Positions 11,001-20,391 of a stretch of DNA of 64,000 nt are shown here, piece after piece; position 1 is the stretch's first letter, and each line of letters begins with the position of its first letter. Source of the stretch: a virus; IMG/VR virus record IMGVR_UViG_3300014838_000017, positions 18,349-82,348 of that record, one strand, 5' to 3'. Made by a program: the position numbers and the translations under genes. Under the pieces are notes generated by a model. It searched no databases and was not told where the DNA came from. It worked only from the letters and a program-made list of their open reading frames with translations.

Positions 11001-11482
11001 ATCGTGGTGGTATTCCACAGGCAACGCAAGTAACCGACCGCACGACGCATTTGGAACGTGATACTCTCTATGAGGGCATGGTTAATCCAATCGCAGCGTT
11101 TCCGGGTCAAGGTATAGTTGTTTGGGGTCAGAAGACCTTGCAAGTTGCGGACACTGCTCTTAACCGCATCAATGTTCGTCGCTTGCTCATCGAAGTTAAG
11201 AAATTCTTTGCTTCGACTGCTCGATTCTTGGTGTTCGAACAAAATACGGCTCAGACCCGTAACAAGTTCTTGGCAATCGTTAATCCATATTTGGAGAGCG
11301 TGCAACAACGCAGTGGTTTGTATGCCTTCCAAGTTGTGATGGATGATAGCAATAACACGCCAGATGTGATAGATCAAAATATTCTTTATGGTCAAATATA
11401 TCTCCAACCAGTTAAATCTGCCGAGTTTGTAATCTTAGATTTCAATATACTCCCGACCGGGGCATCTTTTCCTAATGCTTAA
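8093..11482 (+). CDS. Tail sheath protein (T4 gp18-like), 1129 aa with large insertions
   Basis: N-terminal VSPGVFTREID; C-terminal YYPW, WWAAAGLNRG, VNPI..FPGQGIVVWGQKTLQ, RINVRRLL and FVFEQN motifs. Confidence 0.95.
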   Translation: MPIVQGGYFSPDNNIVSPGVFTREIDQSQVAQGVAQIGGVVVAPFAQGPGFTPTVCNSVAQLQSQFGIPDGTLYGPYTATQYLQEKGFVTVCRVGAITGYWQRYPWFIWAEEGVWTRANDGGWTNPLASTISFAGAYYSGSFTTPYSVATTVSYSANITQSVLTITSGLFMSSLLSSSISYGVISASKQQVTQSLYYAGSSITGAIIFPNSVASITLQAGAATGVDSFAPNITNSYSVPNSGSSLYNGDSITGYVTGYFPITSSINLNVSVSFNSASIVTELLGEQKVVGNIQLQYVYEGSSSNFNVTTDPFENAGFSNLSTTQISQSLDFCNNPTINFLALLEGGIGNYNGQFSPGSNVTYDQCTKTWVGSGSAYKVLAVLANTEFAGLGTNLQESGFYNSAMSYSPSISGSNFINHQFNLQLSNSLGGGYGTYNFSLSPNDPQYITNVFGNTAQAGNPLTYAQGTKIEAAYIYSIFQDDITVVTSNPVNWKVHGTVMPSGSWIDEALNFTDQYSLDPASGDSQYSLTNATTPWVVSQQISPWNGGLPHRFELFQFATLSDGTYTNQQFKIEISNIKLAGTVAGSDWGTFDVIVRSYSDTDKKPITLETFKGCTLDPTSTQFIGRAIGDRYNYIRYDGKIVEFGTYSNNSTNIRVIVATNPYPLTAVPYGFEAYTTPVAGEMGQWCNPVAYSRASLYSENPGKYPSGIDFQGPPAGADAELTALYPTSSAGVGHWQDNEQYFTPVPVGATVGSNLTFALDAYDGLNGVGTGSLLNPNLGGNVPSIYDAANEPTYIKMRSFVFGFQGGFDGQDPAIELNIGESITAGNTQGLNCATSTTAGSIAYAQCIGALGNADEFDINLIVTPGIIYSLHPYVTNLVVEMCETRGDCFYILDLYLDTGNPGEGQIDQVVSLASEFDTNYAGTYYPWIKILDTNTNDIVIVPPSVVIPAVYASNDRVAAEWWAAAGLNRGGIPQATQVTDRTTHLERDTLYEGMVNPIAAFPGQGIVVWGQKTLQVADTALNRINVRRLLIEVKKFFASTARFLVFEQNTAQTRNKFLAIVNPYLESVQQRSGLYAFQVVMDDSNNTPDVIDQNILYGQIYLQPVKSAEFVILDFNILPTGASFPNA

Positions 11483-11504
11483 CATTCAATAACTTACACG
11501 TCAT

Positions 11505-11534
11505 AAAAGACCCTCAATTTGAGGGTCTTTTTTT
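11505..11534 (+). terminator. Rho-independent terminator after the sheath gene
   Basis: aaaagaccctca-att-tgagggtctttt followed by a T run. Confidence 0.85.
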
Positions 11535-11599
11535 ATGTTATAAAAAATTGATTATTATAATGGTCGTATTATACTTATGAGTATATTCCATGAGAATCG

Positions 11600-13138
11600 A
11601 TGTATTGTATGACTGAACGAGGCCAAAAAATTAAAGACGCATTTAGGAAAAAATATGGGGTGGATCATCCATCTCAACTCCCATCTGTTAAAGAAAAAAT
11701 TAAACAAAAAAGACTAAATGGAGCATATTCCAACATGATAACAAATATGAAGAAAACATGTATGGAAAAATATGGCGATGCAAATTATAATAATAACGAA
11801 AAAAATAAACAAACCAAACTTGAACGATATGGTGATGCAAATTATAATAATCGGCCCAAGATGATACATACAAACCAAGCGAAATATGGTATGAATGTAT
11901 CGGAAAATACTCTTAAAAGTACATTATATAGATTATCGGAAAATAACATTGGGTTTAATTCGAAAAAATATAAAAGTTTTTTGGATTCTCATGGAGTGAC
12001 TAATATATCTCAACTTTCGTCGGTCAAAAAAATTATACAGGAAAAGAAAACTGATCGGGCCGTAAAAAATATTTTTTTTGGAACTAGATTAAAAGGAACG
12101 GTTATTCCTTTATTTTCCGAAAAAGATTATATTGGAACCGATTATAACACATTATATAAGTTTAAATGTTGTATTTGTAATAATGAATTTGAAGACACAT
12201 TATATTCTGGTAATATTCCACGGTGTTTGGTATGTTATCCTTATAATAAATTCAAGTCTAAGATAGAAATTGACATTTCAGAGTTCTTACAATCCAATAA
12301 TATAAAATGTATATCTCACGATAGAGCCATTCTCAATGGAAATGAAATTGATATATTAATACCAGACAAAAAATTCGGAATTGAAGTGGATGGAATACTT
12401 TGGCATAGTGAGTTATTCGGGAAAAAAGACAGATTATATCATTTAGCTAAAACAAATGCTTCCAAATTAAAAAACGTAGACCTTATTCATGTGTGGGATT
12501 GGGAATGGATAAACAAGGGAGATATAATAAAGAGTATTATCACTAATAGATGTGGTTCAAACAATAGAATATTTGCTAGAAAATGTGGGGTAGTTGATTT
12601 ATCCGAGGATGAAAAAAGTAATTTTTTATGTAATAACCATATACAAGGAAACGACCGCAGTTCTGTTAGATTGGGCCTATTATATAATTCCGAACTTGTT
12701 TCCGTTATGACTTTCTCCAAATCTCGATATGATAAGAAATATGAATGGGAATTAACGAGGTTTTGTAATATATTAAATACATCCATCATTGGAGGTGCTA
12801 GTAAGTTATTTTCTTATTTTTTAAAAAAATACAACCCTAAATCAATAGTATCTTATTCCGATAGAAGATTTTTTACAGGAACCGTTTATATTGCATTAGG
12901 TATGAAATTGGTTGATACGACAATTCCCGGTTATCATTATTTTCATAAAAATAATTGTGTTCCTATAAACCGTCTTCATTTTCAAAAACATAAATTGAAA
13001 TCAATTCTTAAATCATTTGATTCTAATCTCACGGAATGGCAGAATATGCAATTGAATGGTTATGATAGAATTTGGGATTGTGGAAATTTAAAATATGAGT
13101 GGCAGGCTCCATTAATAAGGCAAAATGTTAGCATATAG
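11600..13138 (+). CDS. Hef-like homing endonuclease (KYG repeats, Zn ribbon, PD-(D/E)XK domain, C-terminal ARKC domain)
   Basis: Motifs KYGVDHPSQ, CxxC pairs, EIDILIPDKKFGIEVDGILWHS, ARKC...NHIQG...RFC..GGASKL and YDRIWDCG. Confidence 0.75.
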   Translation: MYCMTERGQKIKDAFRKKYGVDHPSQLPSVKEKIKQKRLNGAYSNMITNMKKTCMEKYGDANYNNNEKNKQTKLERYGDANYNNRPKMIHTNQAKYGMNVSENTLKSTLYRLSENNIGFNSKKYKSFLDSHGVTNISQLSSVKKIIQEKKTDRAVKNIFFGTRLKGTVIPLFSEKDYIGTDYNTLYKFKCCICNNEFEDTLYSGNIPRCLVCYPYNKFKSKIEIDISEFLQSNNIKCISHDRAILNGNEIDILIPDKKFGIEVDGILWHSELFGKKDRLYHLAKTNASKLKNVDLIHVWDWEWINKGDIIKSIITNRCGSNNRIFARKCGVVDLSEDEKSNFLCNNHIQGNDRSSVRLGLLYNSELVSVMTFSKSRYDKKYEWELTRFCNILNTSIIGGASKLFSYFLKKYNPKSIVSYSDRRFFTGTVYIALGMKLVDTTIPGYHYFHKNNCVPINRLHFQKHKLKSILKSFDSNLTEWQNMQLNGYDRIWDCGNLKYEWQAPLIRQNVSI

Positions 13139-13165
13139 AGGTCGTCATCGTATATTTATACGTGT

Positions 13166-15700
13166 ATGGATATTGAATATCTTCAAAATGTGATGGGGTC
13201 TCCTTATGTTACCGAAGGAGCGTTCGACCGTTTAAAGGCTCGGGGCGCACAAGCAATGGGTGCTATAGGTGCAACAGCGGGGTATCAAATCAAAAATCCC
13301 GCTGAGACGAAGATACAATCATTGTGGTGGGGATTTATCTCATCTCTAAACAGAGTAATGATGGATTGGAAAAATCAAGTGTCTCCTATGTTTGGCTCTG
13401 ATGTTAAAATTCCGGTGGAAGTTCGCCGAATCAAGAAAGCATTAGATTCTATTGCTCAAACACTCACTCCAAATCCATATATAAATAAACCTGTAAACCA
13501 AAACCTTAAGACTCTTACGAAAGAAGGATTGTGGGATGCCGCCAAGCGTGATATGGGATTGAATAAGGCACTTGCTTCGAATAATCCAACATCCATTTTG
13601 AATTCATATAAGAATTACGTTCTATCTTTATTTCAGAATTTCATGAAGGATGCTATGAAGTCTACGAAGCTACCTCCGAAGGAAATATATTCTATTTTGG
13701 CTAAGATTCAACCGAAAGAAAATGGATGGCAAGCCACGGGGAACATGCAAAAAATAGTTCAACAGTTGCAGAAGTTACAAACTCCTACGGTTCCTACGAA
13801 TGCCCCCGCAGCAAATCTGACTGCTACAATTCCAACACAAAATCCATCGGTAACAACAACCCCGACTGTTCCACCTCCATTTCCGACCCAACAGCCATCG
13901 ACAGCCGTAGCTGGTTCTTCGGCTCCATCGTCAACTCCTCCCGTTGCCCAACAACAATCAACATTTCCTCCTCAGACTCAGACACCTTATGGTCAAGGAT
14001 TACCGTCATCGGATACCGATAGCATTCCATCACAAGATATGCCATATGTTATAATAGCGGCATTAAGAATTATTATTGATGCTGCAAAATCTGATGAAGA
14101 CCATGCACTTGGATTGTTTGGAACTACCGATCCTAAGACTAAGGTAAAATCGGGATACCCACCATTGGCAACTAATTGGGACAGTGGACCAAGCGTCACG
14201 GCATCATTGCAAGAAATTGACGTTGGTCCTAAACCAAAATCGGGTGGAATCAAACCTGATGATGATCTAAATCCAGACAAAGAGGCTGATAAAAAAGCTA
14301 AAGAAGAAATAATATACAAGGAATATCCTGGCGAATTTCTATACAATTTTCATAGCCGATACAGCAAGCATCCTGGCACTCCATTTACGATACGAGTAAC
14401 TCCCATAAATATATCATCGGAGATAAAGAATATCCCCGGTGCATCGGTTGAAGTGTGGTGGCATAACGATGGTGGAACAAACCAAATTTATGTTTCGGAA
14501 GTAAAGGATGGTAAGAAGACCAGACCTACATTGATAATCGAATTTGATGACCATGAAATAAACCCAAAATCTGGGGCTTCAACCCCCGGAAATATTAACT
14601 TTTTCTCAATTGAGAAAGTAGTTCAAAACAGCAATCCATATTCTAATAGTAAATTAAGTTCTGCTCCCGCAGATGTTAAGTCTGAAATCAAAGGACTTGA
14701 AGACGATGTTCTTCGTGCTCTCCTTGCTACCGTCCAACGAAAAAACATGGAATTCGTATCCCGGGGATGGCAGGAAAAGAAGGCAGCAGATAAGGCTAAC
14801 CAACAAGTAAAAGCAGAACAATCAACGTCTGCAATTGGAGATGATGGAAGCCTTACTTATACGGATGATGTATCTAAACAACAGGTGTCGGTGAGCATGG
14901 ACCAAATAAAACAGATACTTAAAGGTCCATTGGAACCTGCTAGTCTCATGAGAAAACGACTTGAGACTTTTGGGTATTTCGAACAATTTCCAGACTCGAT
15001 GCCTCCCCCAGCAAATGCCACCAATGTATGGAAAGATGCCAATGCTGCATTGACTACACTTGGATTCACTAAAAATAAGGCTAATACGTTATTGGCACAG
15101 GCGTGGATGTATATTAAAGATAACAACCCCACTGCAAGCGTGTGGGAGGATGACGCAAACATTACTCCCGAGTTCTTTGTAAGCAAAGCCCTTAAGAAAA
15201 AGCCTATGGATGCCACAAACAAACCCTCCGACCAAGCTAATGGTGTTTCTACATCTGCGGCACAAACCCCCAACGTGACAGCCCCAGTATCAACACCCGT
15301 CTCTAAACCCGTCTCCAAGCCCGCAGGAGAGGCTCCAGTCGAGAATCCCGTGTCAGCACCCGTTTCAGGTGGTGCATCGGCTCCTGTGACCACGCAAGCG
15401 ACCAAGCCCGTGTCAAATAAACCAACTGACCCCGGAAATAATATCGGGAAAATTGAATTAAATGGAAATGAATTGACTTGGGAGCATCCTAAAACTCATG
15501 AAGTCCATACAATAAGTGCAGATCAACTTGAAAAGTTTGCTAAAAAACAACCGAAGTTTGTGCAAGCATTGAAGTCTCATCCCGAGTTGTATGATAAATT
15601 TAAGGCATTGAATCAAAAGAAGTCCGAAGGTGGAGAACAACAGAAAGTTCAGGAAAGGATTGAATACATCAACCCATTCAGTCCAGAAAATTTCCTGTAA
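13166..15700 (+). CDS. Large Pro/Thr-rich hypothetical protein, possibly a head-internal protein
   Basis: 844-aa ORF after the TATTTATA motif at 13153; low-complexity linkers and several (I/L/V)xE sites. Confidence 0.7.
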   Translation: MDIEYLQNVMGSPYVTEGAFDRLKARGAQAMGAIGATAGYQIKNPAETKIQSLWWGFISSLNRVMMDWKNQVSPMFGSDVKIPVEVRRIKKALDSIAQTLTPNPYINKPVNQNLKTLTKEGLWDAAKRDMGLNKALASNNPTSILNSYKNYVLSLFQNFMKDAMKSTKLPPKEIYSILAKIQPKENGWQATGNMQKIVQQLQKLQTPTVPTNAPAANLTATIPTQNPSVTTTPTVPPPFPTQQPSTAVAGSSAPSSTPPVAQQQSTFPPQTQTPYGQGLPSSDTDSIPSQDMPYVIIAALRIIIDAAKSDEDHALGLFGTTDPKTKVKSGYPPLATNWDSGPSVTASLQEIDVGPKPKSGGIKPDDDLNPDKEADKKAKEEIIYKEYPGEFLYNFHSRYSKHPGTPFTIRVTPINISSEIKNIPGASVEVWWHNDGGTNQIYVSEVKDGKKTRPTLIIEFDDHEINPKSGASTPGNINFFSIEKVVQNSNPYSNSKLSSAPADVKSEIKGLEDDVLRALLATVQRKNMEFVSRGWQEKKAADKANQQVKAEQSTSAIGDDGSLTYTDDVSKQQVSVSMDQIKQILKGPLEPASLMRKRLETFGYFEQFPDSMPPPANATNVWKDANAALTTLGFTKNKANTLLAQAWMYIKDNNPTASVWEDDANITPEFFVSKALKKKPMDATNKPSDQANGVSTSAAQTPNVTAPVSTPVSKPVSKPAGEAPVENPVSAPVSGGASAPVTTQATKPVSNKPTDPGNNIGKIELNGNELTWEHPKTHEVHTISADQLEKFAKKQPKFVQALKSHPELYDKFKALNQKKSEGGEQQKVQERIEYINPFSPENFL

Positions 15701-15791
15701 TTAGTACTATTATTTATTACTTTCTATTATCTTTATTCTTCTTATTCTTTTCTTTATATTAATAATATAATAAATTATTATTTCATAGTAC

Positions 15792-15819
15792 ATTATAACA
15801 GGAAAAAATTGCCTGTCAA
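15792..15819 (-). promoter_or_regulatory. Sigma70-type promoter (TTGACA-16-TATAAT, extended -10) pointing into an AT-rich tract
   Basis: Minus strand reads TTGACAggcaattttttcctgtTATAAT. Confidence 0.65.
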
Positions 15820-15828
15820 TTTATTTTA

Positions 15829-15930
15829 ATGAAGAATCTGGACTACATTTTATATCTCGATATGGACGGTTTCGGGTTATGGTTAAAATCAGAAGATAAA
15901 ATGAAATTTTTACAAGAGGTAATTTCTTAA
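15829..15930 (+). pseudogene. 33-aa remnant of a HAD-phosphatase paralog
   Basis: MKNLDYILYLDMDG matches the start of the next gene (MKNSEYALFLDLDG), then ends after 33 aa. Confidence 0.5.
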
Positions 15931-15931
15931 T

Positions 15932-16516
15932 ATGAAAAATTCCGAGTACGCACTTTTTTTAGACCTGGATGGCGTGCTTGTGGATTATAGCTCTGGATGG
16001 TGGGCTGTGGCCAAACAGTTAGGTATTAGTGACACAAAGAAAAAAGAGGATGCCAACCGAGTTGCCCGTCAAACTAAGAATCCTTCCTTCTGGGCAAGCC
16101 TTGGCTGGGAGTATGGTGGTGAGGCGTTATGGAAAGCATCCAATGAATTGTTCGAGAATGTCCACATTCTTACATCAACGGCAGCTAGGAATGACAATGA
16201 TTATCATAAGATTGTAGCATCAGGAAAAATGGAATGGATTTCCGAGAATTTGTCAGGAATTAGTCCATCAAATGTTCACGTTGTGAATGAAGGACTTCGT
16301 AAGGCTGAATTTGCATCAAAAAACTCTATTCTAGTAGATGATCGCCGAAGCACAATCGAAGCATTCAATAAAGCTGGTGGATATGGAATTATCCATAGTG
16401 CGAAGCATTTCAAGAAAACGATTTATGATTTGGCAGAGATTGCCGAACCTGTAAACCTTGGCGAGATAGCAAAACGATTGCCTATAGTGACTCGTCAGTT
16501 CTGGAACGGAAAGTAA
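15932..16516 (+). CDS. HAD-family 5'(3')-deoxyribonucleotidase-like phosphatase
   Basis: Motif I FLDLDGVLVD, then ILTS, K..W and ILVDDR...N.AGGYGI. Confidence 0.85.
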   Translation: MKNSEYALFLDLDGVLVDYSSGWWAVAKQLGISDTKKKEDANRVARQTKNPSFWASLGWEYGGEALWKASNELFENVHILTSTAARNDNDYHKIVASGKMEWISENLSGISPSNVHVVNEGLRKAEFASKNSILVDDRRSTIEAFNKAGGYGIIHSAKHFKKTIYDLAEIAEPVNLGEIAKRLPIVTRQFWNGK

Positions 16517-16523
16517 TATTTAT

Positions 16524-16724
16524 ATGGATAAAGACCTTAAAAAAATAATAGACCTAACACTGGATGAGATGTTTGATGACTCGGTGAAACGTGAATGGAG
16601 AACTTCTACGGAAGTGTATGAGGATATTTGTCCTCATTGCCGAAGAATAATCGTGGAACGTCATGATTATACCGACGATGGTGGAAAAACGTGGAAGCAT
16701 TTGGATTGTGGAGGAGTTATATGA
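16524..16724 (+). CDS. Small Zn-ribbon-like hypothetical protein
   Basis: CPHC...HLDC; ATGA overlap with the next gene. Confidence 0.55.
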   Translation: MDKDLKKIIDLTLDEMFDDSVKREWRTSTEVYEDICPHCRRIIVERHDYTDDGGKTWKHLDCGGVI

Positions 16725-17134
16725 AAGAACTCACTTATTTTATAGCTCCGTTTATAACGGAAGCACGGGAGCAACGCCATGATGCACGTAAGGCTTTGGG
16801 ACTTGAAGTAGTTACCCAAGGATTTGCCCCCGAAGATCAAACGGAGAAGACTGATCTTCCTCCAAGCGGCGAAGAAAAATATAATAAACAAGAACCCACG
16901 GGACCAATGTCGGCGGTCAATCTTGAGGAATCTGAATCAAATCAATCTGAACGAGAAGAGCGTCAATCAGTGTCTTCCCGTGATTATGTCAAATTAATGG
17001 ATGGAGCCGTCAGATTTGTGAATACAACTAGGATTCCAGTTGAAGTTGTTATAAGCGAATTTACATCGGTGAATGGTGGATCGGTTGGTAAAGCTTACAT
17101 CGTTCGCATTAATGATGTTTCCAACGGTGTATAA
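16721..17134 (+). CDS. Hypothetical protein
   Basis: ATG at 16721 overlaps the previous stop, with GGAGGAG upstream. Confidence 0.55.
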   Translation: MKELTYFIAPFITEAREQRHDARKALGLEVVTQGFAPEDQTEKTDLPPSGEEKYNKQEPTGPMSAVNLEESESNQSEREERQSVSSRDYVKLMDGAVRFVNTTRIPVEVVISEFTSVNGGSVGKAYIVRINDVSNGV

Positions 17135-17135
17135 T

Positions 17136-19046
17136 ATGTCAAACTTCAGAATATACAATGATGTGTTATGTCCCGATATATGGGATTCAGCACAGCATCT
17201 TAGACCAAAGATTCGGGCAAATCTTTTACAAATAGCGTATGACTTTTATGAAAAAACGGACCTTCCCTCTCCGATTATTGATGTCTATCTTATAGGGTCC
17301 AGTGCGAATTATAATTGGACTCCCGACAGTGACGTTGATGTTCATGTTATCATTGATTACTCAAAATTACAGATTCCCCCCGATCCTGCGTTTGAAGTCG
17401 TCAAGACAGCGGGAGCACAGTGGAACTCCGAACATAATATTTTTATAAAAGGACACGAGGTTGAGATGAATATTCAGAACTCTGCGGAACAGAAGCCTCA
17501 TGTAACGGGTATTTACTCTTTAATTAAGGATCAATGGATTCGAACACCAGTTAAGACACCATTTCAGTTGGATAAACAAGTTCTCAAAGTTCAGTATGAA
17601 GCAATGAAAAATTATGTTGCGACCACCATAGCAAGTGGTGATCGTGAAAAAATGAAGTCGGCTAAAAAGTATTTGGATACATACCGTCAATATGGACTTG
17701 ATACTTATGGGGAACTAAGTTATGAAAACATAATTTACAAGATGCTCCGTGCTCGTGGACATATCAAGCAACTAAAAGATTCCATCATACAAGTATATGA
17801 CGCCGAATTTACCGTGGATGAAGTTGGAGAACGTGATATTAAACAAATTCACCCCTATCTAAGTGCTTCGGACCATGAGACGGTTGGCAATCCAAAATTT
17901 GATCGTAGTTATTGGGATAAGAATAATAGGTCTACGGGAAATTTCGACATTAGTCGTCTTACTTTGGATGAATTAAAGGCTTTACGAGAAAAGGCTCGTA
18001 GAATGTATTTATCGGCATCCAACAATGAGAATCAATGGCGTCAAGAATATAGGGATGATTTCAAATTATACAGTGATGAAATAAAGCGAAGGTTAGGATA
18101 CATAAATTCTCCGATCACTGAATCTCCAATGATGTCGAATGACGGTTCTCACGCTATGGCGGGTGATAAGCCTCTTAAGCAGTCAAAGGTCGAAGATGTT
18201 TATGGAAACATCGTAGTTATTCGTCAACCATCCAATGGAGGATTTTTTCCAGAAGGATATACGTTGGTATATTTCATGGATTCTGATGAAGCTGCCGAAT
18301 CTATGTCTAAAGGTGATATTCCATATCTAATGGTTCCTCGTGGAACTTTTATGGGTGGGGGGAGTCCAATTACTGATATTTGGAAGAAGAAGTTCCAAAA
18401 GCCAGGAACAGAACATATTCTTGGTGTCATTGAGGGAAGCAGTTTGGAAAATACTATTTTCATTGATATGATTACTGTGCGTCCGGGATGGAAGCGCAAC
18501 CATATTGCAAAGTTGATGATTGACCGATTGAAGAAATCCTTTCCGAAAGCCAAGCTTACAACATCAACTCAGACGTTCAATGGTGAGAAGTTCTTTGATA
18601 AATATGGAACCGACAATCCTAAAAAGGTCAAAGAAGGAGTTGGGTCAGGAATTCCCGAGGATGATCGTTTGAAAATTGACAATACAGATGGGTCTGTTCG
18701 TCGTTGGCAAGTTCGAAGTAAAGATGCTCCTAAGACTCCAAAATTTACGGGTGAAGAAGTCATTGCAGTTCCAAAATTTGATAACCCACAAGAGGTTAAT
18801 GAGGATATGGACCCGTCTGCCCCATCTATTCCACCATTTCCTCCGACCGATCAAATTGATCCTTCCTATCACGCTCGTCCTGATCTTTTTCCACAGACGG
18901 TTGCTGACGTAATACCTCCCGACATTAAGAAATTACTGTCGGTTGCCGAGCGAGTATTGGATAATAAGTCTATTACTCGTCCTTTCTTCGAGGAAGATTA
19001 TGTCGAGGATTTGCTTGGAGACATTCTAGCATCTGAGTATCCATAA
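17136..19046 (+). CDS. Multidomain protein: Pol-beta-superfamily nucleotidyltransferase plus GNAT-like acetyltransferase
   Basis: NTase motif IGSSANYNWTPDSDVDVH and VEMNIQ; GNAT-like IDMITVRPGWKRNHIAKLMIDRL...GEKFF. The likely start MSNFR is 1 nt after the previous stop. Confidence 0.75.
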   Translation: MSNFRIYNDVLCPDIWDSAQHLRPKIRANLLQIAYDFYEKTDLPSPIIDVYLIGSSANYNWTPDSDVDVHVIIDYSKLQIPPDPAFEVVKTAGAQWNSEHNIFIKGHEVEMNIQNSAEQKPHVTGIYSLIKDQWIRTPVKTPFQLDKQVLKVQYEAMKNYVATTIASGDREKMKSAKKYLDTYRQYGLDTYGELSYENIIYKMLRARGHIKQLKDSIIQVYDAEFTVDEVGERDIKQIHPYLSASDHETVGNPKFDRSYWDKNNRSTGNFDISRLTLDELKALREKARRMYLSASNNENQWRQEYRDDFKLYSDEIKRRLGYINSPITESPMMSNDGSHAMAGDKPLKQSKVEDVYGNIVVIRQPSNGGFFPEGYTLVYFMDSDEAAESMSKGDIPYLMVPRGTFMGGGSPITDIWKKKFQKPGTEHILGVIEGSSLENTIFIDMITVRPGWKRNHIAKLMIDRLKKSFPKAKLTTSTQTFNGEKFFDKYGTDNPKKVKEGVGSGIPEDDRLKIDNTDGSVRRWQVRSKDAPKTPKFTGEEVIAVPKFDNPQEVNEDMDPSAPSIPPFPPTDQIDPSYHARPDLFPQTVADVIPPDIKKLLSVAERVLDNKSITRPFFEEDYVEDLLGDILASEYP

Positions 19047-19141
19047 TTGGAATCACATAAAGTTTCATACATTGTTCAAGAATTACTTCTATGGCTTGCG
19101 AGAGATTATGATATTCGATATAAAGGAAAGCGAGTAGGATA

Positions 19142-19579
19142 ATGATTAAGTTAAAGTCATTATTGCGTGAGGAATTGGAGCAGCTTTCAAGTATTTCTAA
19201 AATTGATAATACTGTAAAACAACAGTTAGCACAAGCTGCCCAAATCGTATATGACCAATGGTCTCAAGATACGGACGGTAATGACGAAGAACTTGGTGCC
19301 GGTGGTATCTGTGATGAGATCGCTAACATGTTGATATATGTTCTGAATAGTCATGGAATTTTCGATATTCAAACGCAATACAATGAGCCACACACCTATG
19401 TCATTGGGAAGTTTAAGGAAGGTATTTTCACCATAGACATACCTTATTCTGTGTATGAGAGTGGATACCGTTATACTTGGAAAAAGAAGCCTGATGTAAA
19501 GTTTGAGGCAACCCATATTGAGATTTATCAATTAACCCCTGATAATGGAAATTGGGAGAAATATACGGAGTATGACTAA
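19142..19579 (+). CDS. Hypothetical protein with an MIKLKSLLREE N-terminus
   Basis: 145 aa; contains GGICDEIA...H...IDIP, a possible papain-like Cys-His-Asp triad (weak). Confidence 0.6.
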   Translation: MIKLKSLLREELEQLSSISKIDNTVKQQLAQAAQIVYDQWSQDTDGNDEELGAGGICDEIANMLIYVLNSHGIFDIQTQYNEPHTYVIGKFKEGIFTIDIPYSVYESGYRYTWKKKPDVKFEATHIEIYQLTPDNGNWEKYTEYD

Positions 19580-19629
19580 ATAATAGAAAATATTCAGTCG
19601 TTTTATATTCAGTCTCTATATTTATTAAT

Positions 19630-19779
19630 ATGGGAAGAAAATCACTATATAGGACTGAATATGAATTACGAGAACAAAAACGACTTCGCAACCAACGTTA
19701 CTATCAACTCCACCAAGATAGAATCAAACATCGTCAAATGCAAAGATATAAAAGGAAAACATTGGTGGACAGCAGGTAA
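19630..19779 (+). CDS. Basic leader peptide (49 aa), copy 1, overlapping an HNH gene; not in the ORF track
   Basis: MGRKSLYRTEYELREQKRLRNQRYYQLHQDRIKHRQMQRYKRKTLVDSR. The ATG is 3 nt after TATTTATT, and it aligns without gaps to the ORFs at 31482 and 57669. Confidence 0.75.
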   Translation: MGRKSLYRTEYELREQKRLRNQRYYQLHQDRIKHRQMQRYKRKTLVDSR

Positions 19780-20323
19780 TTTTATTGATTTGTGTGGCAA
19801 GAAATATCATAAACTAACAGTAATTAAGAGGTTGCCAAACGATAAACACGAACAATCCGTATGGTTATGTAAATGTGATTGTGGGACGGTAAAACCCGTT
19901 AGCGGTGCAAATTTACGAAATGGCCACAGCAAATCATGTGGGTGTGGTAAGAAGGAAGTAACTACAAAACGAAATTTGAAACCACCATATTATTGGATAT
20001 ATTCCATGTTATGTAGAACTGCTAAATATAGGAAGATGGAATGTAACGTAAAATATGAGGATATTCTCGAGTTTGTTAAAATAAACAAATGTCATTATTG
20101 TAACGAACCCGTGGAGTGGAAACAACATGGTATAAGTGAAAATCTTCACAGTTATCAATTGGACCGTATAGATAATTCTATCGGATATACAAAAGATAAT
20201 TGTGTGGTGTGCTGTAAAGTATGCAATCGTGTTAAGAGCAATTATTTTACTTATCGTGAAATGTTGAAGTTAGGAAATATAATAAAAGATATAAACGAAA
20301 GTCGAGCATATGATAACTCTTAA
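19661..20323 (+). CDS. HNH-type homing endonuclease (true start uncertain)
   Basis: IDLCGKKYHKLTV...WLCKCDCG...SKSCGC module, CHYC, and LDRIDNSIGYTKDNCVVCCKVCNRVK. Confidence 0.8.
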   Translation: MNYENKNDFATNVTINSTKIESNIVKCKDIKGKHWWTAGNFIDLCGKKYHKLTVIKRLPNDKHEQSVWLCKCDCGTVKPVSGANLRNGHSKSCGCGKKEVTTKRNLKPPYYWIYSMLCRTAKYRKMECNVKYEDILEFVKINKCHYCNEPVEWKQHGISENLHSYQLDRIDNSIGYTKDNCVVCCKVCNRVKSNYFTYREMLKLGNIIKDINESRAYDNS

Positions 20324-20391
20324 ATTACGTATGTGAAATTTAAGAACGCCGGTAGACAAGAGGTTGAAGATGTAGACGTGGAACCTATAAA

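Noticed and set aside
10703-11407. Long antisense and alternate-frame ORFs in the track (e.g. 10703-11407, 14857-15405, 35249-35848, 40044-40715, 49709-50227)
   Set aside because: They are shadows of well-supported genes on the other strand and have no recognisable motifs.
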